64,000 nucleotides of DNA, from positions 81,780,001 through 81,844,000 of the forward strand of contig NC_086097.1 of NCBI RefSeq assembly GCF_963921235.1, in the 5' to 3' direction. Of this stretch, positions 34,622 through 47,593 are shown in pieces. The notes beneath the pieces are model-generated. The model was not told where the DNA came from. It did not search any database and saw only the letters and a list, made by a program, of their open reading frames with translations. The stretch's first letter is position 1. Every line of letters begins with the position of its first letter. Source of the DNA: Mobula hypostoma. Its lineage: Eukaryota. A program made the position numbers and the translations under genes.

Positions 34622-35850
34622 GTGGTACTTTATACTTTATACCTTATTGCCACCAAACAATTGATACTAGAACGTACAATCATCACAGCAATATTTGATT
34701 CTGTGCTTCGCGCTCCCTGGAGTACAAATCAATAGTAAATATTAAAAATTTAAATTATAAATCATAAATAGAAAATAGAAAAGGGAAAGTAAGGTAGTGC
34801 AAAAAAAACCGAGAGGCAGGTCTGGATATTTGGAAGGTATGGCCCAGATCTGGGTCAGGATCCATTCAGCAGTCTTATCACATTTGGAAAGAAGCTGTTC
34901 CCAAATCTGGCCGTACGAGTCTTCAAGCTCCTGAGCCTTCTCCCAGAGGGAAGAAGGACGAAAACTGTGTTGGCTGAGTGGGTCGTGTCCTTGATTATCC
35001 TGGCAGCACTGCTCCGACAGTGTGCGGTGTAAAGTGAGTCCAAGGACGGAAGATTGGTTTGTGTGATGTGCTGCGCTGTGTTCACAATCTTCTGCAGCTT
35101 CTTCCGGTCTTGGACAGGATAACTTCCATACCAGGTTGTGATGCACCCCAGAAGAATGCTTTCTATGGTGCATCTTTAAAAATTATTGAGGGTTTTAGGG
35201 GATAGGCCAAGTTTCTTTAGTTTTCTCAGGAAGTAAAGGCACTGGTGGGCCTTCTTGGCAGTGGACTCTGCTTGGTTGGACCAAGTCAGGTCATTTATGA
35301 TATTGACCCCGAGGAACTTAAAGCTTTGGACCTGTTCCACTTGCGCACCACCGATGTAAATTGGGTCTTGCGGTCTGCTACTCCTTCTGCAGTCAACAAC
35401 CAACTCCTTCGTCTTGCTGACGTTGAGGGATAGGTTATTGTCTTTGCACCATGCCATCAGGTTCTTAATTTCCTCTCTGTACTCAAACTCATCGTTACCC
35501 GAGATACGGCCTACAATTGTGGTGTCATCAGCAAACTTATAATTGAGTTCGATGGAAACTTGGCTACACAATCATGGGTGTACAGTGAGTACAGCAGGGG
35601 CTGAGTACACAGCCTTGTGGGGCACCGGTGCTCAGAGTGATTGTAGAGGAGAGCTTGTCCCCTATTTTTACAGCCTGGGTCCTGTCTGTGAGGAAGTTGG
35701 AGATCCAGCTGCAGACCTGAGTGCTAAGGTCCAGGTTCCGGAGCTTAGGAATCAGTTTATTTGGAATGATGGTACTAAAGGCAGAGCTGTAGTCAATGAA
35801 AAGGAGCCTTACATATGTGCCTTTATTCTCCAGGTGTACATGGGCATACT
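34622..35850 (-). mobile_element. Rex1/Babar LINE, 5'-truncated, relatively young
   Basis: ORFs 35564-35857 ([27 protein letters not shown]), 35176-35571 (KFADDTT, FKFLGV) and 34855-35085 (LLPSGRR..RFGNSFFP). Confidence 0.94.
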
Positions 35851-36869
35851 GTGACACTTGAGTTGATGATGACTTAACCCACTATGCTTTGGCGTATGCT
35901 GAGACTTGACTGCTTTACTTTCTTGGCTGCATGCTTTCAGGACTGGCGTTATTGTTATGGTTTGGGTAAAATAAATAAATATAGTACATTGAACAACAGC
36001 AGGAAGGCACAGATTGCCATTGTGGACATCTTGGCACCTAGCTCTACCGGCCCGCATCATCAGTGAGGCTCATGTTCCCTCAGCCCATAAGATCGACAGA
36101 TGCTTCACAGCCCACAACATCGGGCAACCGCTGAATATGACAGCCCACACCTGTTGGGCATGCCACCATTTCCCTCGCATGAAGGGTAGGGACCTATTGA
36201 TCGGTGGACATAGCACTACAAATCTGAAAAATACACTATATCATCTAATGCAGTGCAGATGTGATGGGCTGAATGGCTTAATTCTGCTCCTTTGTCTTAT
36301 GAGCACATGGTCTAATAACTGTGGGGAGAAAAGAGTTAATGTTTTAAGTCCAAGGTAACTGTTCTGACAGTGGCTCTCAGTTCTGTAATGTAATCTTGCT
36401 TGTTGTTTTTGGTACTTTATATTTATGTTTCAGAGTTCCACCATCTGCGGTATTTTTGATTTCCTTTACTGAGGAATACTACTTGATGTGATGCTCATTG
36501 CCTGAAGGTTAATCTTGACTCTAGCTGCAAAAAGCCAGGGGGATAAAAGTTTAAAACCAGGATTGCAGTCAGAATTATAAAAATTCTGATTCTTCCCCAC
36601 TATTAGGAAATGTTTGTGGTTGCAGCAACTTGCAAAGTTGAGTAAAAGCTGTCATAATGAAGATCAATTGCCTGTCACATTGTTCGCTGCTGGTGATCAG
36701 GGAGGACAATTGATCCTAGTACAGATGGAATGGATATAACCATCTGGCAAATTGCCCTTCTTCCCAACCTCTTGCTCCAGCTCCACGTTGTAGTGGCTCT
36801 TCCTGTTAACTTCACACTCTTATGGTCATTCCCAACAGAATGGCTTCTGATACCATCCAGTCTGGGAGA

Positions 36870-37110
36870 AACTGGTTCGTGACTCACAGCTCCCAGGTGC
36901 TGGGTTTGATCCTGATCTCGGGTGATGTCAGTGTAGAGTTTGTGTGTTCTTGTTGTGACCATGTCGTTATCCACTGGTGTCTCCAGTTTAGTTCCCAAAG
37001 ATGGTTGGTGGAACAGAGCAAGGTGCAATGGAACTGATGGAATTTCTTTGTAGGGATCCATCTTGCACTTGGTGGGTCAAGTAGTTCCCTTCTATAGCTG
37101 GTCCTTAGGC
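36870..37110 (+). mobile_element. Degenerate V-SINE
   Basis: CTCACAGCTCC..GGGTTTGATCCTGATCTCGGGTG.TGTC.GTGTAGAGTTTG head followed by a decayed V core. Confidence 0.6.
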
Positions 37111-39143
37111 TTTGGTGCCCACTAGAGTTTTCTGATTACTGGAGGGTGCTTGGTTGCTTGAAGGGGTACATTATATTGTGCAGAATTAGTATAAAAGGGA
37201 GTGTTATCCCAACTATGAAAAGTGGTGATTGACAGAATATGCAATTTCCATGAATCAGATAATGAAGATGTCCATCTCTGTCAGCTAGTGTGCTTATAAG
37301 TTATGTCACCTGACATGTGTTTGTAGCCATGGTAGAATAGAGTATGTAGAGAGAACTGTTTACTGTGTTGGCTTGGTGGTGTCAGAGAAATCACTTCTGC
37401 AACTCTGAGACCAAAAACAATGGATTCAGGGCCCAAACTTCATCTATCCAGTACTTCCAGCCAGCTTTCAAATGCCAGGTTTATCCACGCAGGAAGCCCA
37501 ATTATCCCTTTGTAATACCAATGTGACCTATGTGCTGCTTTTGTGAAGAAAAAAAGAAAATATTATAGCTTTAGCTATTAAATTTTGATTTTTCAATTTT
37601 TTAAAATCTCCGACAATAACATCTCACAGAATGAGTCTACAGTTTTCAGTGTAGGAGAAGCCAAATAGCAGGAAATATATGGTCTACTCAGATTGGAATG
37701 AACGTAACTTACCTTTCTGTTGTGAGTTTTCATGTAAGTTTAACAAATTCATATCATACCATTTAATGTACCTTGATGAGGGAAATCATTTTCATGAATC
37801 TAATACAGTAGACTGTGCCTTATGGATTTCTGATTTTACTGGGTATCCTTTCCTAAAGTTGCTGCAGGTTGTGCACAGAAATAAAGACGACTGATCTTGG
37901 CCTCATGACTATTTTGAGAAAAATTATGCCCTTTACTTCACCTTACCTTGGGATTGTGTTTTTATTCTCTTCTGTCAGCATCCATTTCACTTATCTTTTA
38001 ACTGATAACTCATTCCCAGTAATTTAGGAGATATTAAGCTTCAAGGGAAAAAAACATCAAGCAGATACTATGTGTATTTCATAACTAATTAAATGAAAAC
38101 TCATTTCTAATAACACATTTAGGAGATCTTTTTGAGATATGATTGTGACCTCCCTCACAACGATATTTTAAATAGATCATCGCTCATTCTTTTCAACACC
38201 AATGAAAGTAGGCCAATAGCTCAAAGCCAAATCATTTATCACAGGAATAAACCTAGTGAATTTTCTTTGAACTCTCATCTCTGAATTTCCAAAGAATCAT
38301 TTCACTACGGTTAATTGCTTGTCAGCTGAACTTGTTCTCTTTGATTTTGCGGCACAGAACTCTGTTTTAAATAATTCTTAGAAATCAGTGTTGGACCACA
38401 ATGTACTTGGGTTTCATTTAATTCCAAATTCTCCTGAATATTTATGGTCAAAACTACTCAATTTTCTGACGATTTCCAACAGTTGAATTTGCTTTGAATT
38501 CTGTATGCATTGTCTCATTTTTCTTTAAACAATTCTTTAAAATCCTAACTACAATCTCAAGGATTGTGCAGAAGAACACTTTATATTTTATACCTAAATT
38601 ATTATTATGCAAATACGTAACCAAACTCCTACATGAAACATTGGTTTGTTCTGCTGCACTTAGGAAAAATGAGTCCCATGAATTGGGGACCTCTAAGGAA
38701 ACAATTTAAAAAACTGCAACTTATGTGGTTATTATTTTTAAAAAAAATTGAGATTCTGAAGAACACATGTTGGGCAGAAAAGAATTTTTTCACTTAAGGT
38801 GTACTGAATCATTGGTGTTCTACAAATAAGAATAATATGAAGGCTCACTTGCTGAGCATATTCAATACACAGCCTGATAGAACTCAAGGAAATAAAGTTA
38901 TTGTAGAATTAAGGGCTATTGAGTTCATGCAGGAAAGTGCACTATGGCAAAAGATCAGCCACAATCATACTGAATGGCAGATAGGAATAATCTACTCTTG
39001 CTACTGTTTCTTGTCTCAAGAAAAGGCTGACCTCGTGACTCTATATTTAAAGAGTATCAATTGGTGTTGACTCGATACTACCCTATCTTGACAATTATTG
39101 GACAGAATTGTCTGGACTTTACCCATGCCCACACGCTGGAACC

Positions 39144-39995
39144 TGTCGTGATCGGCAACAATGAATATATCGAGTCAGGACTTACAAACAAACAAACATT
39201 TATTAAACCCTGATAAACAATGAAAAAAAAATGAAAACCCTAAGTGGAAGTAAACGGCTATGCGGCCATTCAGTAAACTGCTACTCAGTACTAGTTCTTA
39301 AAGCGATAATGCGAAATCAGTTCTTAAAGCAATAATTTCAAACACAGTTCTTCGAATAGTAAATTTTAAAGTCCAAGATATTTATATAGTCATTTAGGAG
39401 AGACTTTCACGAAGTAACGAATTCCTCGAAGACACAACGTCACTGCCACTCCCAGTCAGATACTGACTTGTCCACAGGAATCACGACGACAGAAATAGAA
39501 CAGTTTTAAAGGCACTGACCTTCCTCCTCCGTAGAATAGATCTTGCACAGCCTTTCTGCCACTTTTAGCAGACGCTATCTCATGCAGATCACTCTTTCTT
39601 GAATGATTTCAATAATGGTCGGTCCTTTCCAAACCCGTCCAACGTCTCCTTCAGGGTCCCATCTTCACTCTCCAATGTTACTGAAAAGTTACATTAACAA
39701 ACCGGGCAGCGATTGTCAACCTGCCAATCCAGACTTCTGTACCTTACATTAGAACGTAAAACTCCGTTTAAAATCAAAACTGCGTCATACTGCAATTACA
39801 CAGCGGAGCAGAGTATCTCATTGACGTTCTAACTGAAAAACTAACTGCGTCGCCAAGGGTCTTCCCTTTTATACCCGTGGTGAACATGTCATCACGTGAC
39901 CTCACATCGGAGGGAAAATTACATCAGGTGACCTCCAAAAGACCATTACATCGTTCTCACAAGAAAGTCACGGGATCTCCTTGAGGCATGTAACA
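39144..39995 (-). mobile_element. Solo LTR (family D), 852 bp
   Basis: TGT...ACA termini, perfect 4-bp TSD AACC (39140-39143, 39996-39999). Minus-strand TATAAAAG near 39870 and AATAAA near 39200. Internal AGTTCTTAAAGC repeats. Confidence 0.88.
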
Positions 39996-40737
39996 AACCA
40001 TACACTTGGATTTAAGTTGAGAAAGATGGGAAGGTTAATTTTGCAGGCCCTCTGTCTTGGACAGCGAGGTGTCAGCCGAAATACAGCAAAAATATGGAAA
40101 GGTCCAGATCCAGTGTACAGTTTGACAGTTTTACAACCTGTTACTCTGTAAGTGTCTGGAAAGCAGTACAGTTGTCTTTGTCAAAGTTCACATTGAACAG
40201 CTGCAGAGCACAGGGCACAGCAGGGTCACACTCTAAGACATACATTACCTGCTCTGGGGAGCCATCAGTTGAGTGAATACTGCCCTCTGTTTGCCTGAAA
40301 CTCACTAGTTTTCCAGTGAATGGTGCAGTCTACATCCTAGTGTGGCAAAATAACATGTGTCAGTGGATGTTAGGAAGTTCACCACTGGAAAGGCTTCAGT
40401 TTTAGACTCTTGCCATTAAACAGGAAGTGACAAGAATCTGAAAAATCTCATGAATTGGCTGCTGTAAGGTTGCATGTAAATGAAAGCTTATATCATGTCA
40501 ACATAAAAGAATCATATGACGTGCTGAAAATGCCCACTTGACCATTTTCCATTACAAAGATTTGCAATTGTTATGAATATGATACATTTCAGTAAAAAAA
40601 AGGAAACTTTAGAGTTCTTGGCTCAACACTTCCTTCACAGAAGAATGAGACTAATTTTAGTTTAAATGGTTGAACGGTGGCAGTTCTGGTCGGAACCAGT
40701 GACTGCAGCTGGCAAAATATGCTAAAATGTTCTCTAA

Positions 40738-41424
40738 ATTAGATTAGATTATTTAGAGTAGATTAGATTAGATTATGAGGACACTCAGTCCTCGTTTATT
40801 GTCATTTAGAAATGCATGCATGCATTAAGAAATGATACAATGTTCCTCCAGAGCGATATCACAAAAAAAAGACAAACCAAAGACTAACACTGACAAGACC
40901 ACATAATTATAACATATAGTTACAGCAGTGCAAAGCAATACCATAATTTGATAAAGAGCAGACCATGGGAATGGTAAAAAAGGTCTCAAAGTTCCGATCC
41001 CGATAGTCCCCGCTAGTCCCCGCTAGCAGGTGGCAGAAGGGAGAAACTCTTTCTGCCATAAACCACCAGGCACCGACAACTGTCGATGCACTGGAAGCAG
41101 CCGACTCTGAGTCCATCTGAAAACTTCGAGCCTCCGACACCTAGCACCAAGCACCATCTCTGCCGAGCACTTCGACACCGTCCCGGCCGCTGAGCAACAA
41201 GCAAAGCTGAGGATTTGGGGCCTTCCCCTCCGGAGATTCAGAATCACACAGTAACAGAGGCAGCGAAAACGGCATTTCAGAAGTTTCTCCAGATGTTCCT
41301 CCGTTCTCTCACGTCTGTCTCCATCAAATCAGGATTATGCATGGCACCCTACTTGACAGATTACAGATATCATTCACCGGAGTGGCCGTGCAAGCTGCGT
41401 TGCGCCGCCATCTTCTCCTCCTCC
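40738..41424 (-). mobile_element. Non-autonomous retroelement with AAGATGGCGGCG head and (TAATC)n tail
   Basis: CpG-rich body, minus-strand GACAATAAA before the microsatellite tail, no ORF. Confidence 0.75.
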
Positions 41425-42150
41425 ACTAACTCAGCATCCCACCTTCACACTTCTCACCAGTCCACTGTTGAATCTCCCTGGTGTTGAAGATGATGGACAA
41501 GCGCTAGAAGCTGGGATTAATTACAGATAGATCCCCACTAGTCAGTGTGGATGTGGCGGACCAAATGTCTGCTTCTATTGCTGTCTGACTCTATGTCCAT
41601 ATATATGAACTTCCATATATGGATTTGGCCCTGAAAATCTAGGCCACTGTCTAGAGATTTAGTGCAATTCACGTTTGGCTAAGTTAACTAAATACCCCTT
41701 TTCACAATAGAAAAATTGATCATTTGCACAAGATAGCACATCTAATCAGATATTTTCTTTTGAAGTCTAATTCTTTAGGGAATCAGTTTTGTAACATTTT
41801 ACATGATCCATGGTGGTTTGCTATTTTTATGAATAAGAGCATTTTGCAAAATAATGTTGAACAATTAACACCACAGGGCACAATCCGATTGTGAAATAAT
41901 AGTGGTTAGTGTTCTAGCAGAGAGTAAGAATAAAAGAAATGACAAGCACTTCTTTCACTATTTCCACTGCAAGAGAATAAAAAATAGAAACAATAATCAC
42001 ACTGAATGCTCCTAAAGGTGACATGAATCAAGAAGCAGCAAATCTATTGTGAATTCTAAACATAAAATTCTCTGTAGATGCTGGAGTCAAATCAACACAT
42101 ACAACACGCTGGAGGAACTCAGCAGGTCGGGCAGCATCTGTGGAAATGAA

Positions 42151-42188
42151 CAGTCAACGTTTCGGGCCAAGACCCTTCATCAGGACTG
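42151..42188 (-). ncRNA. Minimal type I hammerhead ribozyme, intact core
   Basis: Minus strand reads CAGTC-CTGATGA-A-GGGT.CTTG.GCCC-GAAAC-GTT-GACTG: 5-bp stem I, stem II, palindromic AACGTT. Predicted cut between 42156 and 42155. Confidence 0.85.
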
Positions 42189-43697
42189 AAGAAGGAAGGG
42201 GCAGAGGCCTATAAAGAAGGTGGGGGGAGGGTGGGAAGGAGAAGGCTGGTAGGTTCCAGGTGAAAAACCAGTAAGGGGAAAGATAAAGGGGTGGGGGAGG
42301 GGAGGCAGGGAGGGGATAGGCAGGAAAGGTGAAGAAGGAATAGGGGAAAACACAATGGGTAGTAGAAGGAGGTGGAACCAAGAGGGAGGTGATAGGCAGC
42401 TGGAGGAGGGGGCAGAGTGAAACTGGGATGGGGGAAGGGAGGGAGAGGGAATTACAGGAAGTTGGAGAATTCAATGTTCATGCCCAGGGGCTGGTGACTA
42501 CCTAGGCGGTATATGAGGTGTTGTTCCTCCAACCTGAGTTTGGCCTCATCATGCCAGTAGAGGAGGCCATGTATGGACATATCCAAATGGGAAGGTGAAG
42601 CAGATTTGAAGTGGGTGGCAACCGGGAGATCCTGTCTATTGTGGCGGACGGAGTGGAGGTGCTCAACGAAGCGGTCCCCCAATCTGCGTCGGGTTTCACC
42701 CATGTAGAGGAGGCCGCACCGGGAGCACCAGATGCAATAGATGACCCCAACAGGCTGACAAGTGAAATGTTGCCTCACCTGGAAGGACTGTTTGGGGCCC
42801 TGAATAGTGGTGAGACAGGAGGTATAGGGACAGGTGCAGCATTTAAGCTTGCAGGGATAAATGCCGGGTGGGAGATCTGTGGGGAGGGACATGTGGACTA
42901 GGGAGTTGCGGAGGGAACGATCCCTGCGGAAAGCGGTGAGGAGTAGAGAGGGAAAGATATGCTTAGTTGTGGGGTCCTGTTGAAGGTGGCGAAAGTTGCG
43001 GAGGATAATGTGCTGGATCCAGGGGATGGTGGGGTTGTAGGTGAGGACAAGGGGAACTCTGTCCCTGTTGTGGTGATGGGAGGATGGGAGGATGGGGTGA
43101 GAGCCGAAGTGCGGGAAATGGAGGAGATGCAGATGAGGGCATCATTGATGACGGCAGAAGGGAAACCACGATCCTTAAAGAAAGAGGACATTTGAGATGT
43201 CCTGGAACGGAAAGCCTCATCCTGGGAGCAGATGCGGCAGAGGCGGAGGAACTGGGAATAGGGAATAGACTTTTTGCATGTGGCAAGGTGGGAAGAGGTA
43301 TAGTCGAGTAGTTAGGAGAGTCAGTGGGCTTATAGAAGATGTGCAAACTCAGGTTGGAGGGACAACACCTCATATACCGTCTGGGTAGTCTCCAGCCCCT
43401 TGGCATGAATGTTGAATTCTCCAACTTCCTGTAATTCCCTCCCCCTCCCTTCCTCTATCCCTATTTCACTCTGTCCCCTCCCCCAGCAGCCTATCACCTC
43501 ACTCTTGGTTCTGCCTCCTTCTACTACCCATTGTGTTTTCCCCTATTCCTTCTTCACCTTTCCTGCCTATCCCCTCCCTGCTTCCTCTCCCCCACCCCTT
43601 TATCTTTCCCCTTACTGGTTTTTCACCTGGCACCTAAATGCCTTCTCCTTCCCACCCTCCCCCCACCTTCTTTGTAGGGCCCCTGCCCCTTCCTCTT

Positions 43698-43735
43698 CAG
43701 TCCTGACGAAGGGTCTCGACCTGAAACGTTGACTG
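43698..43735 (+). ncRNA. Minimal type I hammerhead ribozyme, intact core
   Basis: CAGTC-CTGACGA-A-GGGT.CTCG.ACCT-GAAAC-GTT-GACTG. Predicted cut after 43730. Confidence 0.85.
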
Positions 43736-44867
43736 TTCGTTTCCACGGATGCTGGCCGACCTGCTGAGTTCCTCCAGCGTGTTGTGCGTGTTCCTGTTGT
43801 GAATTCTTCCTTCCAGTGTGCACACTGGAGACAACAGAGGTTGTCCCAGGTCCCAGTTCACACACTGAATGTTTGCAAGGTGGAGGAAGTATAAAAGAAA
43901 TAGAATATATCAGGCTGGGCAGGTAATGATTCGACGAAGAAGAATAAGGCATGAGGCTCAGATAGATTTTAATGCAAAGTGATTAAAGAATTGTGTAGGC
44001 AAACATTTGCTACCCTTTCTAGCAGGTTTGGGAATTTTTGGAACGAGATTAGTGCTAGCCAATGGTAACAGCAAAGAATGATACTGTATAAAAGGATCTC
44101 CCCTTGATTAGTTATACCTGCTTTTTGCAAAAGCTCCCCAGTAAGGCCCAGTCGCCTGCTCAGACCCTTCAACCACTTCTTTAAAATGATGTAGCTAACA
44201 TAAAGTAGATTACTTGAAAGAGACGTAAGAGAAACACAAGACATTTAGACCACAAAGTAGAAAGGTTTTAATGAAATGTTGAAAGTGTGTGTACTGATAC
44301 ATCTAAACATGGACTATAGTTACCACCCAGCTAGCATGAATTACGAAGATAGGATTTTACCTTAAATGCTTATTAACTTTCACTTCATTTCCAGTCAGAC
44401 ATAAAATGCACAGAGTTCTGGCCCACACTCTAAAGCAATTGCAAGCAACGCAGAAAGTAAAGAGGTCAGTGTGTGCAGTGTATGTGCTGGCACAATGCTG
44501 ATGCTCTGCTTCTCTTGAATTACTGGGCACCTCTGTGTTTTGAAAAATTGTAGTAAATATGCTGTATTAGATCAATGACCAACCAGAAACAGAAGCTTCA
44601 TACTCATTAATATAGAGCAATACAGAACAAATGTACAATAACAAAGGAAGAAGAGATCAATTTAATTATGTCATTAAAATTGAGAAGCATAAAATGTATG
44701 ACTTAACAGACTTAAATAAAACTAAAAACAAAAGTCTGGTGGAATAGGGTAAAAAAAAATTGGAGCTGGTTCATTTACAAGCAAGAAAATCGCACCATGC
44801 AAATTAGACTTTTGGAGATTTAGCACAGGCTGTGTATTGTTAATCCTAATGCCATGTAGAAATTAAT

Positions 44868-45320
44868 TCATAAGGCCATAAGACATAAGAGCAGAGTTAG
44901 GCCATTTAGCCCATCGAGTCGTCCTCCATTCCATCATGGCTAATTTATTATCCCTCTCAACCAAATTCTCCAGCCTTCTCCTTGTGACCTTTGATGCCCT
45001 GATTAATCAAGAACCTATCAACTTCCACCTTATATAAACCCAATGACTTGGCCTGCACAGCTGCCTGTGCAATGAATTCCACAGTTTCACCATCCTCTAG
45101 CTAAATAAATTTTTCCTCATCTCTGCTCTACTGTAAATAGACATCCTTCTATCCTGAGGCTGTGCCCTCTGGTCTTAGATACACCCACTATTGGAAACAT
45201 CCTCTCCACAACCTCTCTATATAGACCTTTCAATACTTGATAGATTTTAATGAGATTCCTCCTCATTGTTATAAACTCCAGTGAGTACAGGCCCAAGAAC
45301 CATCAAATGATCCTCCTATT
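44868..45320 (-). mobile_element. CR1 3' end, probably belonging to the element at 46054-49185
   Basis: CATAAGACATAAGAGCAGAGTTAGGCCATT tail. Similar to 52688-53110. Confidence 0.85.
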
Positions 45321-45344
45321 CCTGAAACTCCTTGAACTCTCTTC

Positions 45345-46053
45345 CAGTTTAAAACCAAGCCACATTTTGCCTGTTTTGGTTGGAGCAGTTAAACCTCTAA
45401 GCAAACTGTGTGCTTTAAATCCAATGCACTCAGCAAAACTGGTTGGCAATTTGGTTTCTCACTGGCAATTTGATTTGCTTCAAAGTACTGCTCAGTCCAC
45501 TCAGTATAGTTATCCATTGTACAATGGAACACGTCTATCTTTCCAATGTAGCTTTTGTTTTATTTACTTATTATTATTATCACCTGTTACTCACCATTTA
45601 CAAAATAATGGATTCTTCCTTTTTCTGCCTTGTTTTTCACCATCATCTCTCCTTTTGTGAAGAGAACAGCTATTCTGAAGGGAAAAAAAAGTGCTTTTTT
45701 TTTAACTCAACTGTCTTGCAGCGCTCTTTTTTAACTTGAGCGTCTCACTGCGCTCCAACAGGCAGATTGCCATCTGGGGTTTGTTTTTATTTTTAAAAAA
45801 TCACAACTGTTATGGTTTGTACTCCAAAACATAAAATCTAATTGAAGGGCAAAGTCGGAAGTCCAAAATGTATGTATAACTTCATTTTTAACTTTAAATG
45901 TAGCATGCAACATATCACGTGGTTGCGCATGACATATGTATTTCACATATTTTACACATAACCCATAAACTATTTAAATATATGAGAATGCTTAAATCAA
46001 ACAATGTACTTACAATATCACTGAAATACTGCTGAAATATTAAATACAAAACA
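45345..46053 (-). mobile_element. Truncated Gypsy retrotransposon: LTR (45808-46053), leader and start of gag (~45555-45345)
   Basis: TGT...ACA LTR. Manual minus-strand translation gives YIGKIDVF..YTEWTEQYFEANQIASEK..PVLLSAL..HSLLRGLTAPTK (with a frameshift), a typical Gypsy gag N-terminus not shown in the ORF track. Confidence 0.8.
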
Positions 46054-47028
46054 ATCCACGCCTTTATTCTTTCTACCAAAGTGAATGGCAATGCACTTCC
46101 CTACAATATATTCAATCTGTCACTTTTTAACCCATTCTCGCATCTGCCTATGTCTTTCAGCAGACGCCCCGCCTCCTCAACACTACCTGCCCCTCCACCT
46201 ATCTTCATATTATCCACAAACCTAGCCACAAAGCCATCAATTCCTTCATCCAAATCATTGACATATAACATGAAAAGAAGCAGTCCCGACACTAACTCTT
46301 GCAAAACACCACTTGTCACCAGGAGCCAACCAGAAGAGACCCCTTTATTCCCACTCTTTGGCTCCTGCCAGTCAGTCAATCTTCTATTCATGGTAGTATC
46401 TTTCCTGCAAATACCATGGGTTCTTATCTTGTTAAGCAGCCTCATGTGCAGATCTTTGTCAAAAGCCTTCTGTAAGTCAAAATAAATAACATCCACTGAC
46501 TCTCTTTTGTCTGTGCTGCCTATTATTTCCTCAAAGAACTCCAACAGATTTATAGGGCAAGATCTCCCATTACAGAAACCAGGCTGACATTGGCCTATTT
46601 TATCTTGTGCCTCCAAGTACACTGAAACCCTAACTTTACTATTCGACTCCAACATCTATCCAACACTGAAGTCCGGCTAACTGTATTATAATTTCCTTTC
46701 TTCTGCCTCCCTCCATCCTTAAAGAGTGGAGTGGAATCTGTGATTTTCCATTCCTCCAGAACTATTTCAAAATCCAGTGATTCTTGAAAGATCATTACTA
46801 AGGCCTTCACAATCTCTTCAGTTATATTTTTCAGAACACTGGGGTGTAGTCCATATGGTCCAGGTGACTTACCTACTTTCAAACTTCTCAGTTTCCAAAG
46901 CACTTGCTCCTTAGTCATTGACACTCACTTCTGCCCTCTGACACTTATAATTTTCTGGCATACTGATAGTACTTTCCACTGTGAAGTTTGATGTAAAATA
47001 CTTTGCCCCCCCATTACTACCACTCCAG

Positions 47029-47593
47029 GAGTTGTGGGATCTCCCAGTGAGCACCTATTTTAATTCCACTTCCCATTCCCATTCCGACATGTCAGTCCAT
47101 GGCCTCCCCTACTGTCACGATGAGGCCACACTCAGGTTGGAGGAGCAACACCTTATATTCCGGCTGGGTAGTCTCCAACCTGATGGCATAAACATTGATT
47201 TCTCAAACTTCCGGTAATAATTCCCCCCACCCCCCTTCAACTTTCCCCATTCCCATTTCCCCCTCTCACCTTATCTTCTTAACTGCATATCACCTCCCTC
47301 TGGTGCTCCTCCCCCCTTTACTTTCTTCCATGGGCTTCTGTCCTCTCCTATCAGAATCCCCCTTCTCTACTCCTTTATCTCTTTCACCCATTGACTTCCC
47401 AGCTCTTTACTTCAGCGCTCTCCCCCTACCAGTTTTACCTATCAGCTTGTGTTTCTTCCTCCCATCTCCCTACATTCTTACTCTGACTCTTCTTTTCCCC
47501 CAATCCTGATGAAGGGTCTCAGCCTGAAACCAACTGTACTCTTTTCCATAGATGCTGTCCAGCCTGCTGTGTTCCTCTAGCATTTTGTGTGTG
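47029..47593 (+). mobile_element. PLE 3' fragment (GIY-YIG C-terminus and tail with damaged hammerhead at 47502-47536)
   Basis: ORF 46981-47217 (RLEEQHLIFRLGSLQPDGINIDF). 15-bp TSD with 2 mismatches at 47014-47028 and 47594-47608. Confidence 0.92.

Larger units (their letters stand above)
42058..43793. mobile_element. Single PLE insertion with inverted structure: long minus arm 42058-43344 (RT thumb, GIY-YIG, tail) and short plus arm 43345-43793
   Basis: ORF 42452-42892 (YPCKLKCCTC, VIYCIWCSRCGLLYMGET, RFVEH). Arms ~42098-42541 and 43345-43792 are reverse complements. TSD CT(A/G)TTGTGAATTCT at 42044-42057 and 43794-43807. Confidence 0.95.

Noticed and set aside
34200..36200. GC-richer sequence flanking the Rex/Babar copy (34200-34620, 35860-36200)
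   Set aside because: Probably an old retroelement, but I could not assign a family or reading frame.
43817..43922. Exon-like segment (TTCCTTCCAG..GCAG|GTAATG) open in one frame
   Set aside because: Peptide CTLETTEVVPGPSSHTECLQGGGSIKEIEYIRLG is not recognisable and has no partner exons.
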